64,000 nt of DNA from an uncultured Acidimicrobiaceae bacterium (lineage in GTDB: Bacteria; Actinomycetota; Acidimicrobiia; Acidimicrobiales; Bog-793), in contig CAVZYD010000006.1 in assembly GCA_963779425.1 (NCBI GenBank), positions 586,704 to 650,703 of the forward strand, written 5' to 3'. The notes beneath the pieces are model-generated. The model was not told the DNA's origin, did no database searches, and worked only from the letters and a program-made list of their open reading frames with translations. The translations under genes and the position numbers were made by a program. This document shows, piece after piece, positions 1 to 13,843 of this stretch. Position 1 is the stretch's first letter. Each line of letters opens with the position of its first letter.

Positions 1-429
1 ACGCACCTCGCCATCGCCAAGTCGCTCCAGCGTCACCCGGTGCGCCAGACCGTCACCCATGTCGACTTCCAGGTCGTGCGGCGCGACGAGATCGTCACGG
101 CCGATGTCCGCATCGCCCTCGTCGGCGAGTCCGAGGCCGTTCACCGCGCCGAGGGCACTATCGACCAGGAGATGCTCAGCCTGCAGATCAAGGCCAAGCC
201 CGGCGACGTCCCCGCCGTCATCGAGGTCGACATCTCCTCGCTCGAGGTGGGTGACTCTTTGCGTGTCTCGGACCTCATGCTCCCCGAGGGTGTGACGACC
301 GACGTCGACCCGGAGGCACCGGTCGTTATCGCGCACATGCCGCGGGCGCTCGAGCCCGAGATCGAGCCCGAGGCCGAGGGAGCCGAGGCAGGCGCAGGCG
401 AGCAGCCGGCCGCTTCCGACGAGGGCTGA
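1..429 (+). CDS. rplY: 50S ribosomal protein L25 / general stress protein Ctc, C-terminal part (5' end lies upstream of the window)
   Basis: Frame-1 ORF is open from base 1 to TGA 427-429. Translation ...VTHVDFQVVRRDEIVTADVRIALVGESEAVHRAEGTIDQEMLSLQIKAKPGDVPAVIEVDISSLEVGDSLRVSDL matches the Ctc/L25 family and ends in an acidic Ala/Glu tail. It sits directly upstream of pth, the usual arrangement. Confidence 0.85.
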   Translation, partial: THLAIAKSLQRHPVRQTVTHVDFQVVRRDEIVTADVRIALVGESEAVHRAEGTIDQEMLSLQIKAKPGDVPAVIEVDISSLEVGDSLRVSDLMLPEGVTTDVDPEAPVVIAHMPRALEPEIEPEAEGAEAGAGEQPAASDEG

Positions 430-497
430 GAGCGGGCAAGCTGTTCCGCCACATCCGCGCCGCTCGTTCCCGCCAAGAAGGCGGGGACCGACAGAAG

Positions 498-1137
498 GTG
501 CCTGCCGCCGACCTCGTCGCCGTCGGGCTCGGCAACCCCGGTGTGGAGTACGAAGGGACCCGCCACAACGCCGGCGCCGAGGCCGTGCGCCTCGTGGCGC
601 AGCGCCACTCGGCCCGCTTCCGCGGGGAGAAGGGCCTCAGCGCTGAGACGGCCGTCGTGAGCATCGCCGACGCGGACGCTGGTTCTGGCGGTGCCGCAGA
701 CTTATGTGAACGAGTCCGGGCTGGCGGTGAGAGCCCTCGTGCAGCGTTACCTCGGTGCAGAGCAAGCCCCGGGATCGGGCGAGGGAGGGCGCGGTCGGGG
801 ACCGGTCGTGTTCGCGCCCGGCTCGCTCGTTATCGTCCACGACGAGCTGGACCTCGAGCCGGGCGTGGTCCGGGTCAAGCTCGGGGGAGGCACAGCCGGG
901 CACAACGGGCTGCGTTCGATCCAGTCGCACCTGCGCCATCTCGACTTCGCCCGCGTCCGCATCGGTGTCGGCAAGCCGCCGAACCCGGCTGCCGGGGCGG
1001 ACCACGTGCTGAGACGCGCCTCACGGGCTGAGCGTGACCTGATCGCCGTCGCCATCGAGGTGGCCGCCGACGCCGTCGAGTGCCTGCTCACCGACGGACC
1101 GGAAGTGGCCATGAACAGGTTCAATACGCGGGGATGA
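498..1137 (+). pseudogene. pth: peptidyl-tRNA hydrolase, split by one frameshift near 668-676 as sequenced
   Basis: Frame 3 from GTG 498 gives MPAADLVAVGLGNPGVEYEGTRHNAG, the Pth N-terminal motif. The protein continues in frame 1 as (R)TLVLAVPQTYVNESG...VIVHDELDLEPG...GGTAGHNGLRS to TGA 1135-1137. Removing one base near 669-673 restores ...SIAD-RTLVLAVPQTY. Confidence 0.85.
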
Positions 1138-4100
1138 GCCGAAGCGAGATGAGTCCGCCACCGCTGTCGGCCCTGCCGGGCCTGCTCGCCGGTGAGGCCG
1201 TCATCGCCGAGCTCCTCGGTGTCGACGACGCCGTCGTCGCTGTCCCGGACGCGGCGCGCACGGTCGTGCTCGCCGCGCTCGCCGAGCTGAGCACGGCACC
1301 CACGGTCCTCGTCGCAACGGCGACGGCCCGCGAGGCCGAGCAGCTCGCACACGACCTCGGGCCCTTCCTCGGTCCCGACTCGGTCGAGCTGCTGCCGGCA
1401 TGGGAGACGCTCCCGTTCGAGCGGGTGTCGCCCGCGACCGAGACGATGGGCCGCCGGCTTCGCACGATGTGGCGTCTACGCCACAAGGCAGCGGAGGGTT
1501 CGTCTCCCGGAGCGGAGGCGGAGGGCGCCCCGTGCGTCGTCGTCGCCCCGATCCGGGCCCTTTTGCAGCGGCTCGGCGCCGAGGGTTGAAGACACCGAAC
1601 CCGTCGTCGTCCGCCGGGGCAGCGAGCTCGACCCGTCCGCAGCTCGTGGCGCGCCTCGTGCATGCCGGCTACCGCCGCGAGTACCAGGTCGAAGCCCGCG
1701 GCGAGCTGGCGGTCCGGGGCGGCATCGTCGACGTCTTCGGCTCGACGGCCGACCACCCCGATCCGCATCGACCTGTTCGGCGACGAGGTCGAGCGCCTGA
1801 CGGCTTTCGAGGTTGCGAGCCAGCGCTCGGTCAGCGATCTCGACCAGGTCGAGCTCTTCGGCTGTCGCGAGCTCGTGCTCACCGAGGACGTGCATCGAGC
1901 GCGCCCGGGCCCTGTCCCGGTCAGCGCCCTTCGCCCAGGACAATTTCGCCAGGATCGCGGAAGGGGAGCTGTTCGACGGCATGGAGTCCTGGCTGCCGTG
2001 GCTCAGTGCCAGCGAACGCCTCTTCACCGACCTGTTGGACGAGCGCTCCCGCGTCGTGCTCGTCGAGCCCCGGCGGCTTCGCGACCGGGCGGCGGAGATC
2101 CTGGACGAGGAGGTGGCCCTGAGCGAGAGCCTGGCGACGACCTGGGGGCTCGAAGAGGTCGACGCGGCGGCTGCGATGCCGCGCCTGCACCTCGGCTTCG
2201 ACCGTCTCTTGCAGCACAGCTCGGCCAAGGTGGCCTCGCTGCTGCCGGTCGCCGAGAGCAGCCGCGCACGGTGGCCTTGCAGGCCTCTGGCTGGCCACCG
2301 GTGCTGGGCGACTCCGCCGTCCTCGCCCGCCGATTCGCCGAGCTCGCCAGCTCGGGCCACCGGGTCGTGATCTGCGCTGACGGCCGGGGCAGTGCCGAGC
2401 GCATGGCGGCGGTGCTCGACGGCGAGGGCCTGGCCTGCGATTTGCTCGTCGACGAGGCTTCCGAGACGGTCGATACCTCCATCCGCCGGCCGGGTGTCCA
2501 CATCGTCGTCGCTGCCTTGGACCGCGGCGGTCTCATCTCGAGCTCGAAGCTCGCCATCGTCGCCGAGCCGGACGTGACCGGACGGCGGCGGCCGCACCGC
2601 CAGGCGCGACCGCGACCGCGTGCCACCGAAGGCTTCTTCGACGACCTGGCGCCGGGCGACTACGTCGTCCACAACGTGCACGGCGTCGCCCGCTTCGCCG
2701 GCATGGTGACCCGCTCCATGGGCGGCGCCGAGCGCGACTACCTGCAGCTCGAGTACCGGGGCGGCGACAGGCTGTACCTGCCCTCTGAACAGATCGACGC
2801 CCTCACGCCCTACACAGGGGGCGAGTCGCCCGCCCTCAACCGCATGGGTGGCGCCGAGTGGTCACGCCAAAAGGCCCGCGTGCGGGCCGCCGTGCGCGAG
2901 GTGGCAAAGGAGCTGGTCGAGCTCTACCGGCGGCGCCACACCACCCCCGGACACGCCTTCGCCCCCGACACGCCCTGGCAGGCAGAGCTCGAGCAGGCCT
3001 TTCCCTACCCCGAGACCCCGGACCAGCTGAAGGCGGTCGAAGACGTCAAGGCGGACATGGAACGGCCCGTGCCGATGGACCGCCTCGTTTGCGGCGACGT
3101 CGGCTTCGGCAAGACCGAGGTGGCCGTGCGCGCCGTGTTCAAGGCGGTGCAGGACGGTTACCAGGCCGCCATCCTCGTCCCGACGACGCTGCTCGCCCAG
3201 CAGCACTTCCAGACGTTCTCCGAGCGCTACGCCCCCTACCCGCTGCGCGTTGAGGTGCTTTCGCGATTCCTCACGGTCGCAGAGGCGCGAAAGGTCGTCG
3301 ACGGGTTGGCGGACGGGTCGGTCGATGTCGTGATCGGCACCCACCGACTCCTCACACCCGACGTGAGGTTCAAAAAGCTGGGTCTCCTCGTCGTCGACGA
3401 GGAGCAGCGTTTCGGCGTCTCCCACAAGGAGGCCATAAAGCAGCTGACCATCGGCGTCGACGTGATCACCTTGACGGCAAGTCCTATCCCGCGCACGCTC
3501 GAGATGAGCCTTACGGGCATCCGCGACCTCTCGCTCATAACGACGCCGCCGTCGGAGCGCCAGCCGATCCTCACCTATGTCGGCGAGCACGACGAGCGCG
3601 CCGTGGCCGAGGCGCTGCGGCGCGAGCTGTTGCGGGAGGGCCAGATCTTCTACGTCCACAACCGCGTGCACGACATCGAGCGCGTCGCCGCCGAGCTGCG
3701 CAGCCTCGTGCCTGACGCCCGCGTGGCCGTCGCGCACGGCCAGATGGACGAGGGCACCCTCGAACAGGTCGTGCTGGACTTCTGGGCGGGCGCCTACGAC
3801 GTGCTCGTGTGCACGACGATCATCGAGTCCGGTATCGACATGCCCTCTGTCAACACCCTCGTGGTGGACCGGGCCGACCGTCTCGGACTAGGCCAGCTCC
3901 ACCAGCTGCGGGGCAGGGTCGGGCGTGCGGGGAGGCGTGCCTACGCCTACTTGTTGTTCCCTCCCGACCGCGTCCTGTCAGAGCAGGCCTACGAGCGCCT
4001 GCGGACCATCGGCGAGCACACCGAGCTCGGATCGGGCTTCAAGATCGCCATGCGCGACCTCGAGATCCGCGGGGCAGGCAACCTGCTCGGCAGGGACCAG

Positions 4101-4757
4101 TCCGGTCACATCGCCGCCGTCGGCTACGACCTCTATGTCCGACTCGTGGCCGAAGCGGTCTCCGAGCTCAAGGGCGAGCCGGTCCGCGTCCCGGTCGACA
4201 TCACCGTCGACCTTCCTGTCGACGCCTTCTTGCCCTCGGACTACGTGGAGCGCGAGGACTTGCGTCTCGAGGCCTACCGCAGGCTGGCGGAGGTCCGCGA
4301 GCCGAGCGCGGTCGAGGACCTTCGCGCGGAATGGCTCGATCGCTACGGCCCCCTGCCCGAAGAGGCAGAGGCGCTCGTCGCCGTCGGGCGGCTCCGGGCC
4401 GAGTGCGTCCGCACGGGTGTCACAGAGGTGACGGCCTCGGTCTCGCGCCCAGGTGCGGGAGGTCCCGGGCGCACCGGCGAGGCCGTGGCCCGAATCTCGC
4501 CTCTTCGCCTGCGGGCCTCGGCCAGGGTACGTCTCGGCCGCTTGCACCCCCGGGCCATCGTCAAGGAGGAAGTCGACCAGGTCATCGTGCCGCTTGCCGC
4601 CGGGTCCGATCTCGCCGACCGCCTCGCCGTCCTTTTGCGCGAGCTCGTCCCGCCCGAGCTCACCGCCGCCGCCCCGAGCGATCCCGACGCCGCCGCGGTC
4701 GCCGCCGCTGAGGCGGTGGCGGCTGGCTTTGTTCCCCGCGCCGCCCCTACCATCTGA
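1134..4757 (+). pseudogene. mfd: transcription-repair coupling factor Mfd, five frame changes between ~1580 and ~2265 as sequenced, then intact
   Basis: ATG 1134 overlaps the pth stop (ATGA). The homologous reading runs frame 3 to ~1582, frame 1 to ~1638 (VEDTEPVVVRRGSELDPS), then frame 2 to ~1758 (QLVARLVHAGYRREYQVEARGELAVRGGIVDVFGSTADHP). It continues in frame 3 to ~1903 (IRIDLFGDEVERL), frame 1 to ~2262 (FARIAEGELFDGMESWLPWL), and frame 3 to the TGA at 4755-4757. Later motifs are PGDYVVHNVHGVARF (CarD-like), GDVGFGKTEVA, DEEQRFG, LTASPIPRT and QLHQLRGRVGR. Confidence 0.9.
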
Positions 4758-4762
4758 GAACC

Positions 4763-5812
4763 GTGAAGCGACTCACCACCACCCTGGCAGGCCTGGCCGC
4801 CCTGTGTGTACTGGTCCTCGGCCTGTCCGGCTGCGACGTGCATCTGTCTCCTTATGCCGCCATAGTCAACGGCTCTGAGATCTCCCAGACCCAGCTGAGA
4901 AATGCCCTGGCTGCCGTGGTCGGGAACCCCAGCTACAAATGCGCCATCGAGTCGAGCGGCACGACGCACGTGACAGGGTCCGGTCAGGGCACCTACAACT
5001 CCGCTTTCGGCGCCGAGGTGCTCTCGATCCTCATCCAGGACCAGGTCCTCCGCCAGCACGTCGCCCGAATCGGCCTGAGCGAGCCGTCGGGTCTCTACGC
5101 CGCCGCCTTGAGCCAGCTGGAGACGGTCACCGCCCCCCCGTCCACCTGCCCGGGCTCGGGTGCCTCGCTCATGGCGGCTTTCCCGCCCTGGTACCGCCAG
5201 GTGCTGGTCAGGTTCCAGATGGACGAGGATGCCCTTGCCGCTCAGGCGGCGGGTACCTCGCTCAGCCCGGCCGCGCTCGACCGCTATGTCGCCGCCCACC
5301 ACAACGCCATGACGGCCGCCTGCGTCTCGGTGATCGAAGTCGGGACCAAAGCGACGGCGCTCTCCCTGCGGGCAAAGCTGCTCGGGGGCGCCAGCTTCGC
5401 CGCGGTGGCCAAGGCAGACTCGATCGACAGCACGACGGCCCCGGACGGAGGGTCCATCGGCTGCGTGCCCGACTCGATGTTCACCTCCCCTTTGAGCACC
5501 GACCTCGCCGCCCTTTCCGTCGGCCGTGTCTCCGAACCGATCAGCTTCAGCTCGGACTGGCTCCTCTTGTTGGTGACCCAACGGCAGGCCGAGTCCTACC
5601 AGGACCTGGTCTCGAGCCTGGTCGCTTTCGAGCAGAGCGCTCTCAATAAGACCTTCCCCCGGCTCATCCGATCGGCCCGTATCCAGATCGACCCGCAATT
5701 CGGCACGTGGGACACCAAGGCCAGTCTCGCCCGGGTCGATGCCAACGCCGCGCCGCCGGCCGACATCGTGCCCAACCCGGGAGCCAACTCCGCCTCGGGT
5801 GCCTCCAGTTAG
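4763..5812 (+). CDS. lipoprotein, SurA/PrsA-like peptidyl-prolyl isomerase (parvulin-type) family
   Basis: Intact 349-aa ORF. The N-terminus MKRLTTTLAGLAALCVLVLGLSGC is a signal peptide with a lipobox (LSGC). The C-terminal half (AACVSVIEVGTKATALSLRAKLLGGASFAAVAKADSID...GGSIGCV...VGRVSEPISFSSDWLLLLV) resembles a parvulin PPIase domain. This is a common position downstream of mfd in Actinobacteria. Confidence 0.6.
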   Translation: MKRLTTTLAGLAALCVLVLGLSGCDVHLSPYAAIVNGSEISQTQLRNALAAVVGNPSYKCAIESSGTTHVTGSGQGTYNSAFGAEVLSILIQDQVLRQHVARIGLSEPSGLYAAALSQLETVTAPPSTCPGSGASLMAAFPPWYRQVLVRFQMDEDALAAQAAGTSLSPAALDRYVAAHHNAMTAACVSVIEVGTKATALSLRAKLLGGASFAAVAKADSIDSTTAPDGGSIGCVPDSMFTSPLSTDLAALSVGRVSEPISFSSDWLLLLVTQRQAESYQDLVSSLVAFEQSALNKTFPRLIRSARIQIDPQFGTWDTKASLARVDANAAPPADIVPNPGANSASGASS

Positions 5813-5857
5813 CGAGCGGGCTCTCCTGCACCGCTCCAGCTTCGAGCAGCCGTCTCG

Positions 5858-9322
<3,465 letters not shown>

Positions 9323-9394
9323 CTCGGGGCCGACCACAAGGCACCGGGTCATCCCCGCCTCCGTCGAGCGGCCGCCCCGCCCGTTCCACCTGGG

Positions 9395-10592
9395 GTGGCT
9401 GTAGCCTCGGCGCTAGGTGGTGGAGGTGACGGATCTGTGAAAGAGGTGATCGCGGACATCGACCGGTGGCAGGCCGCGGGACGCCGCGTCGCCATCGCCC
9501 GGGTGATCGGCGTCGAGGGCTCCGGGCCGAGGGACCCCGGGGCGGCCATGGCCGTCAGTGAGGACGGGGAGGTCGCCGGCTCGGTCTCCGGGGGCTGCGT
9601 GGAGGGCGCCGTCGTCAGCGAGGCCCTGGCCGTGCTCGAGGACGGCCGGGCGAGGCTGTGCACCTTCGGTTACTCCGACGACGATGCCTTCGCCGTCGGG
9701 CTGACCTGTGGTGGCACCTTGCACCTGCTGGTGGAACCGCTCGACTGGTGAGGAAAGGACCGGCTCTTGGGCGGTGAGCTTTACCGCGAGCTGCGGTCCT
9801 CCCTGCTCTTGGACGAGCCTGTCGCCCTCGCGACGGTCACCGCCGTGCAAGGTGAGGCCGAAGGCCACACCGAACTCGCCGCCAAGGTCCTGGTCTGGCC
9901 CGACGGCCGCAGCCTCGGCAGCCTCGGCGACCCGGAGCTGGACCGGATCGCGAAACGCGACGCTCTCGCCGCCCTCGAGCGCGGCTTGACGGTCACGCGC
10001 CACTACGGTCCCTGCGGCGAGGCGCGCCGCGGACGAGGTCGCAGTGTTCTTGGAGGTCTTCGCTCCCGCAGCCCGCCTCATCGTCTTCGGTGCCGTCGAC
10101 TTCACGAGGGCGCTCGTAGGGGTGGGAAAGGTGCTCGGCTTCGCGGTCACGGTCTGCGACGCCCGCCCGGTGTTCGCCACGAGAGCCCGCTTTCCCCTCG
10201 CCGACGAGATCGCCGTCGAGTGGCCAGACCGGTATCTCGAGCGGGTCGGACCCGAGCTCGGGCCTCGGGACGCCATTTGCGTGCTCACCCACGACACCAA
10301 ATTCGACGTGCCGGCGATACTGGGCGCGCTGCGCACCCGGGTCGGCTATCTCGGCGCCATGGGTTCGCGGCGGACGCATGAGAAGAGGTGGGAGCGCCTC
10401 TTGGAGGCCGGCGCCGACGAGGCGGAGCTCCGAGAGCGGCTGATGAGCCCGATCGGCCTCGACATCGGTGCCCGCACACCGGAAGAAACAGCCGTGGCGA
10501 TCTTTGCGGAGATGATCGCCACGCGCACGGGGCGGGCGGAAGGAGTCGTCTCCTCGCTTCGGACAGAGACGGGACCGATCCACCGCAGCTGA
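9395..10592 (+). pseudogene. XdhC/CoxI-family molybdoenzyme maturation protein, interrupted by an in-frame TGA (9749-9751) and a frameshift near 10028
   Basis: Segment 1 (frame 2) reads RVAIARVIGVEGSGPRDPGAAMAVSEDGEVAGSVSGGCVEGAV...GLTCGGTLHLLVEPLDW then TGA. The same frame continues GKDRLLGGELYRELRSSLLLDEPVALATVTAVQGEA...GSLGDPELDRIA, a second XdhC_CoxI-like segment. It then shifts to frame 3 for DEVAVFLEVFAPAARLIVFGAVDFTRALVGVGKVLGFAVTVCDARP...GAMGSRRTHEKR...SPIGLDIGARTPEETAVAIFAEMIA, the XdhC_C Rossmann-like domain. Confidence 0.75.
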
Positions 10593-10690
10593 GCGCGAGC
10601 GGCCAAGTGGTACCGCCGGCCAGTTACCCTGTTCGCCATGACCGGGGCCGTGCGCTGAGCTCAGGGCACGGGACGAACCGAGCGAGCCAG

Positions 10691-12989
10691 ATGTCCTTGT
10701 TGGGTTGGCTCCGCTCGCGCGACCGCGACCTCGCGGCCCTTCGACGCGCCGGGCGGGCGGCGATCGTCATGCCGGCCCTGTTCGCCTTCACCGACAAGGT
10801 CCTAGCCAATCCGGCCATGGCGAGCTTCGCCGCTCTTGGCTCGTTCGCCATGCTCTTGCTGGTCGATTTCGCCGGCCCGATGCGTCTGCGGCTGGAGAAC
10901 CAAGTTGCCCTGGCCGTTGTCAGCGGCGCCCTTGTCTGTCTCGGGACGCTGGCGTCGCACGCCGCCTGGCTCGCCGCGGTGGCGATGGCCCTCGTCGCCT
11001 TCTCGGTGCTGTTCATGAGCGTCGTGAGCTCGGTGCTGGCCTCGGCGACGACCGCGTTGCTGTTGGCTTTCATCCTGGCGGTCTCGCTCCGGGCACCGAC
11101 CTCGTCGATCCCCGACCGGCTCGCCGGCTGGGAGATGGCAGCAGCGGCTGCGCTTTTCGCCATCAAGGTGTTCTGGCCGGCGCCCGAGCGCATCGCGTTG
11201 CGCGAACCGGTCGTCGTGGCATGCCGCGCCCTGGCGGCACGACTGCGTTCCGATGCAGCCTATCTGCTCGGCGGCGAGCACCAGCCTTCCGAGGCCGAAC
11301 ACGAGGAGGCGATCGCGCAGGCGAGAGCTTCGATCGGGGCTCTACGCCGCAGCTTTTACGCCACGGCGTACCGTCCCACCGGCCTCAGCACCGGAGCCAG
11401 GGCGATCGTGCGCCTGGTGGACGAGATGAGCTGGCTCGAGGCGATCATCGCCGTCTCGGCCCCCCAACCACCAGGGCTGCCGGTCAATGTCGGTGCCTGC
11501 CAGGTGAAGCTGGCGGCCGCTTCGGTCCTCGAACTGGGCGCGGACGTCCTCGAAAGACCGGCCGCGACGGCCGATGACCTCCGCCGGTCGGTTGCGGAGC
11601 TTCGCCAAAGGCTAGAGGAAGTGGAAAAGAGGGCGACGGTGGACCTCGAGGTCGGGCGGGCGCCGGCAACCCGCGATCTTGCAAACGAAGACAGGGTCAC
11701 CGAGCTCGTCACCTCGCTCGACCCCGAGTTTTCGCTCCCAGGAGCTGAGCTTCGCCGTCTTGCAGATCGCCGCCAACATCGACCTCGCCGCCGCCGCGGA
11801 TAGACGGGGCTTTCTGGAGCGTCTGACCGGTCACCAGCCGGAGGGCCTCACGAACACCCTCGCCGCCGCACAAGAGCGCGCCGTCTCCCACTTCGAGCGG
11901 CACTCGGTCACGCTGCACAACGCTGTCCGTGGAGCGGCCGGCCTCGGCCTCGCCGTCCTCGTCGCCGACCTCACAGGCGTACAGCACTCTTTCTGGGTCG
12001 TGCTCGGCACGTTGTCGGTCCTGCGTTCCAACGCCCTCAGCACGGGCCAGAACGTGCTTACGGGGCCTGGCCGGCACCGTGGCCGGGTTCATCATCGGCG
12101 CCGGTCGCGCTCGCCCTCATCGGGACGAACACGGTGCTCTTGTGGCTGTTGCTTCCCCTCTCCATCCTGCTCGCCGGCATCGCGCCGGCCGCCATCTCCT
12201 TTGCCGCCGGCCAGGCGGGCTTCACCGTGGTGCTGGTGATCCTGTTCAACATCATCCAACCCCTCGGATGGCGTGTCGGGCTCTACCGCGTCGAGGACGT
12301 CGCCATCGGCTGTGCGGTGAGCCTCGTCGTCGGAGTGCTGTTCTGGCCGAGGGGCGCCGCCGCCGCTTTGCGCCAGGCTCTGGGCGAGGCCTACGCCGAC
12401 AGTGCTCGCTACCTGGCCGGTGCCGTCGAGTTCGGCATTGGACGGTGCGACACGAGCGTCCCGGCCAGGCACGCACCCATCGACGAGGCTGCCCGGGCCG
12501 CCGCCGCCGCCCGCCGGCTCGACGACACCTTCCGCGGCTACCTCGCCGAACGGGGCGCCAAACCCGTGCCCCTTTTCGAGGTGACCGGACTGATCACCGG
12601 CGTCGTCGGCCTGCGCCTCGCCGCGGATGCCGTGCTGGACCTGTGGCGGGGCGATGATTGCCAGTCGCCGGGCGAGCGGGCCGCTGCCCGCCGAGAGCTA
12701 CTGAAGGCCAGCGAGGCTGTGACCGCCTGGTACGAGGCCCTGGCTGCGGGCCTCGTCGAGGGGAGCGACGTCCCGGCCCCTCTCGGGTCGCGACGAGTCT
12801 TTCGATCAGCGGCTCGTGGACGCGGTGCGCCGCGACCTCACAAGCGACGACGGCACTGCCAGCGCCGCCGCCGTGCGCATCATCTGGACGGGCGATCACC
12901 TCGATGCCGCCAGGAGGCTGCAGGGCCTGATCTTCGAACGGGCCCGCGAGGTTGGCGAGCGGCGCAGCCTCGGTCCTGCCTTCCGATAG
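10691..12989 (+). pseudogene. FUSC-family (fusaric-acid-resistance-like / aromatic acid exporter-like) integral membrane protein, four frame changes as sequenced
   Basis: ATG 10691 in frame 2 gives MSLLGWLRSRDRDLAALRRAGRAAIVMPALFAF... with multiple TM helices. It shifts at the T-run ~11731 to frame 3 (RSQELSFAVLQIAANIDL...GLGLAVLVADLTGVQHSFWVVLGTLSVLRSNALSTGQNVL). It shifts at ~12059 to frame 1 (RGLAGTVAGFIIGAG), then at ~12103 to frame 2 (VALALIGTNTVLLWLLLPLSILLAG...VEDVAIGCAVSLVVGVLFWPRG). The last shift, at ~12783, goes to frame 3 (GRDESFDQRLVDAVRRDL...RIIWTGDHLDAARRLQ) ending TAG 12987-12989. Confidence 0.7.
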
Positions 12990-13118
12990 GGACCGTCGGT
13001 GACCGGCCGGTGCGCCACGGCTCCTTTGCCGGCGGGCGGCCCCGCTCGCGGCTTTGGTCAACTGGCCCGACCCGGGAGGTACCGGACGGGGGCGAGGTGC
13101 CCTCTAGCATCGCCCGGC

Positions 13119-13796
13119 ATGGCAGTCGTTGAGTCGGTCAATGTCGGCGTGATGAGATCGATCGGGGCCAAGCAGGGTGTCACCGGCATAGACAAGGTGC
13201 CCACCTCGGCGGCTGTGCACGTCTCCGCACCGGGTCCGGGCGGCTCGGGCAGGGGTGGACTTGACGGTGACGTGATCTGCGACGCCGAGCACCACGGGGG
13301 GGACGCCCAGGCCGTGTACGCCTACAGCCGGGAGGACCTCGACTGGTGGGAGTCCGAACTGGGCGAGCCGCTCCGCTCAGGCATGTTCGGGGAGAACCTC
13401 ACCACCTCCGGCCTCGATGTCACCGCGGCGCTCATCGGGGAAACCTGGCGTATCGGGGAGGCAGTCGTGCTCCAGGTGACATCGCCCAGGGTTCCCTGCT
13501 CGGTCTTCGCGACCTGGATCGACCACAAGGGATGGCTCAAGAGCTTCACTCGCCGCGCCCGGCCCGGCGCCTATCTCCGGGTGCTGGCCGGCGGTGCGAT
13601 CCGCGCCGGTGACCCGGTCGTCGTCGAGTTCAAGCCGGCCCACACCGTGACCGTCGGGACGATCTTCAGGGCTCTCACGCTCGAGCCCGAGCTGTGCCGG
13701 GGTGTCCTCGAGGCCTCCGAGTACCTAGAAGAGGAGATAGTCAGGCGTGCCGAGCGGAGCGAGCCCTTCTTGGTGCTGAGCGACGTCGAGTCCTGA
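13119..13796 (+). CDS. MOSC domain-containing protein
   Basis: From ATG 13119: MAVVESVNVGVMRSIGAKQGVTGIDKVP...DAEHHGGDAQAVYAYSREDLDWWESELGEPLRSGMFGENLTTSGLDVTAALIGETWRIGEAVVLQVTSPRVPCSVF. This is the typical MOSC beta-barrel with the conserved PR.PC motif. The gene is intact. Confidence 0.8.
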   Translation: MAVVESVNVGVMRSIGAKQGVTGIDKVPTSAAVHVSAPGPGGSGRGGLDGDVICDAEHHGGDAQAVYAYSREDLDWWESELGEPLRSGMFGENLTTSGLDVTAALIGETWRIGEAVVLQVTSPRVPCSVFATWIDHKGWLKSFTRRARPGAYLRVLAGGAIRAGDPVVVEFKPAHTVTVGTIFRALTLEPELCRGVLEASEYLEEEIVRRAERSEPFLVLSDVES

Positions 13797-13843
13797 TGGC
13801 GAGGCGGATACCCACGCGGCCCGCCGAGAGATCGTGAGGTTAC

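Noticed and set aside
9749-9751. TGA in the XdhC-like gene read as selenocysteine or Trp (alternative code)
   Set aside because: TGA is used as an ordinary terminator by many well-defined neighbouring genes (pth, mfd, eno, ppx and others). I noticed no SECIS-like hairpin immediately downstream, and XdhC proteins are not known selenoproteins.
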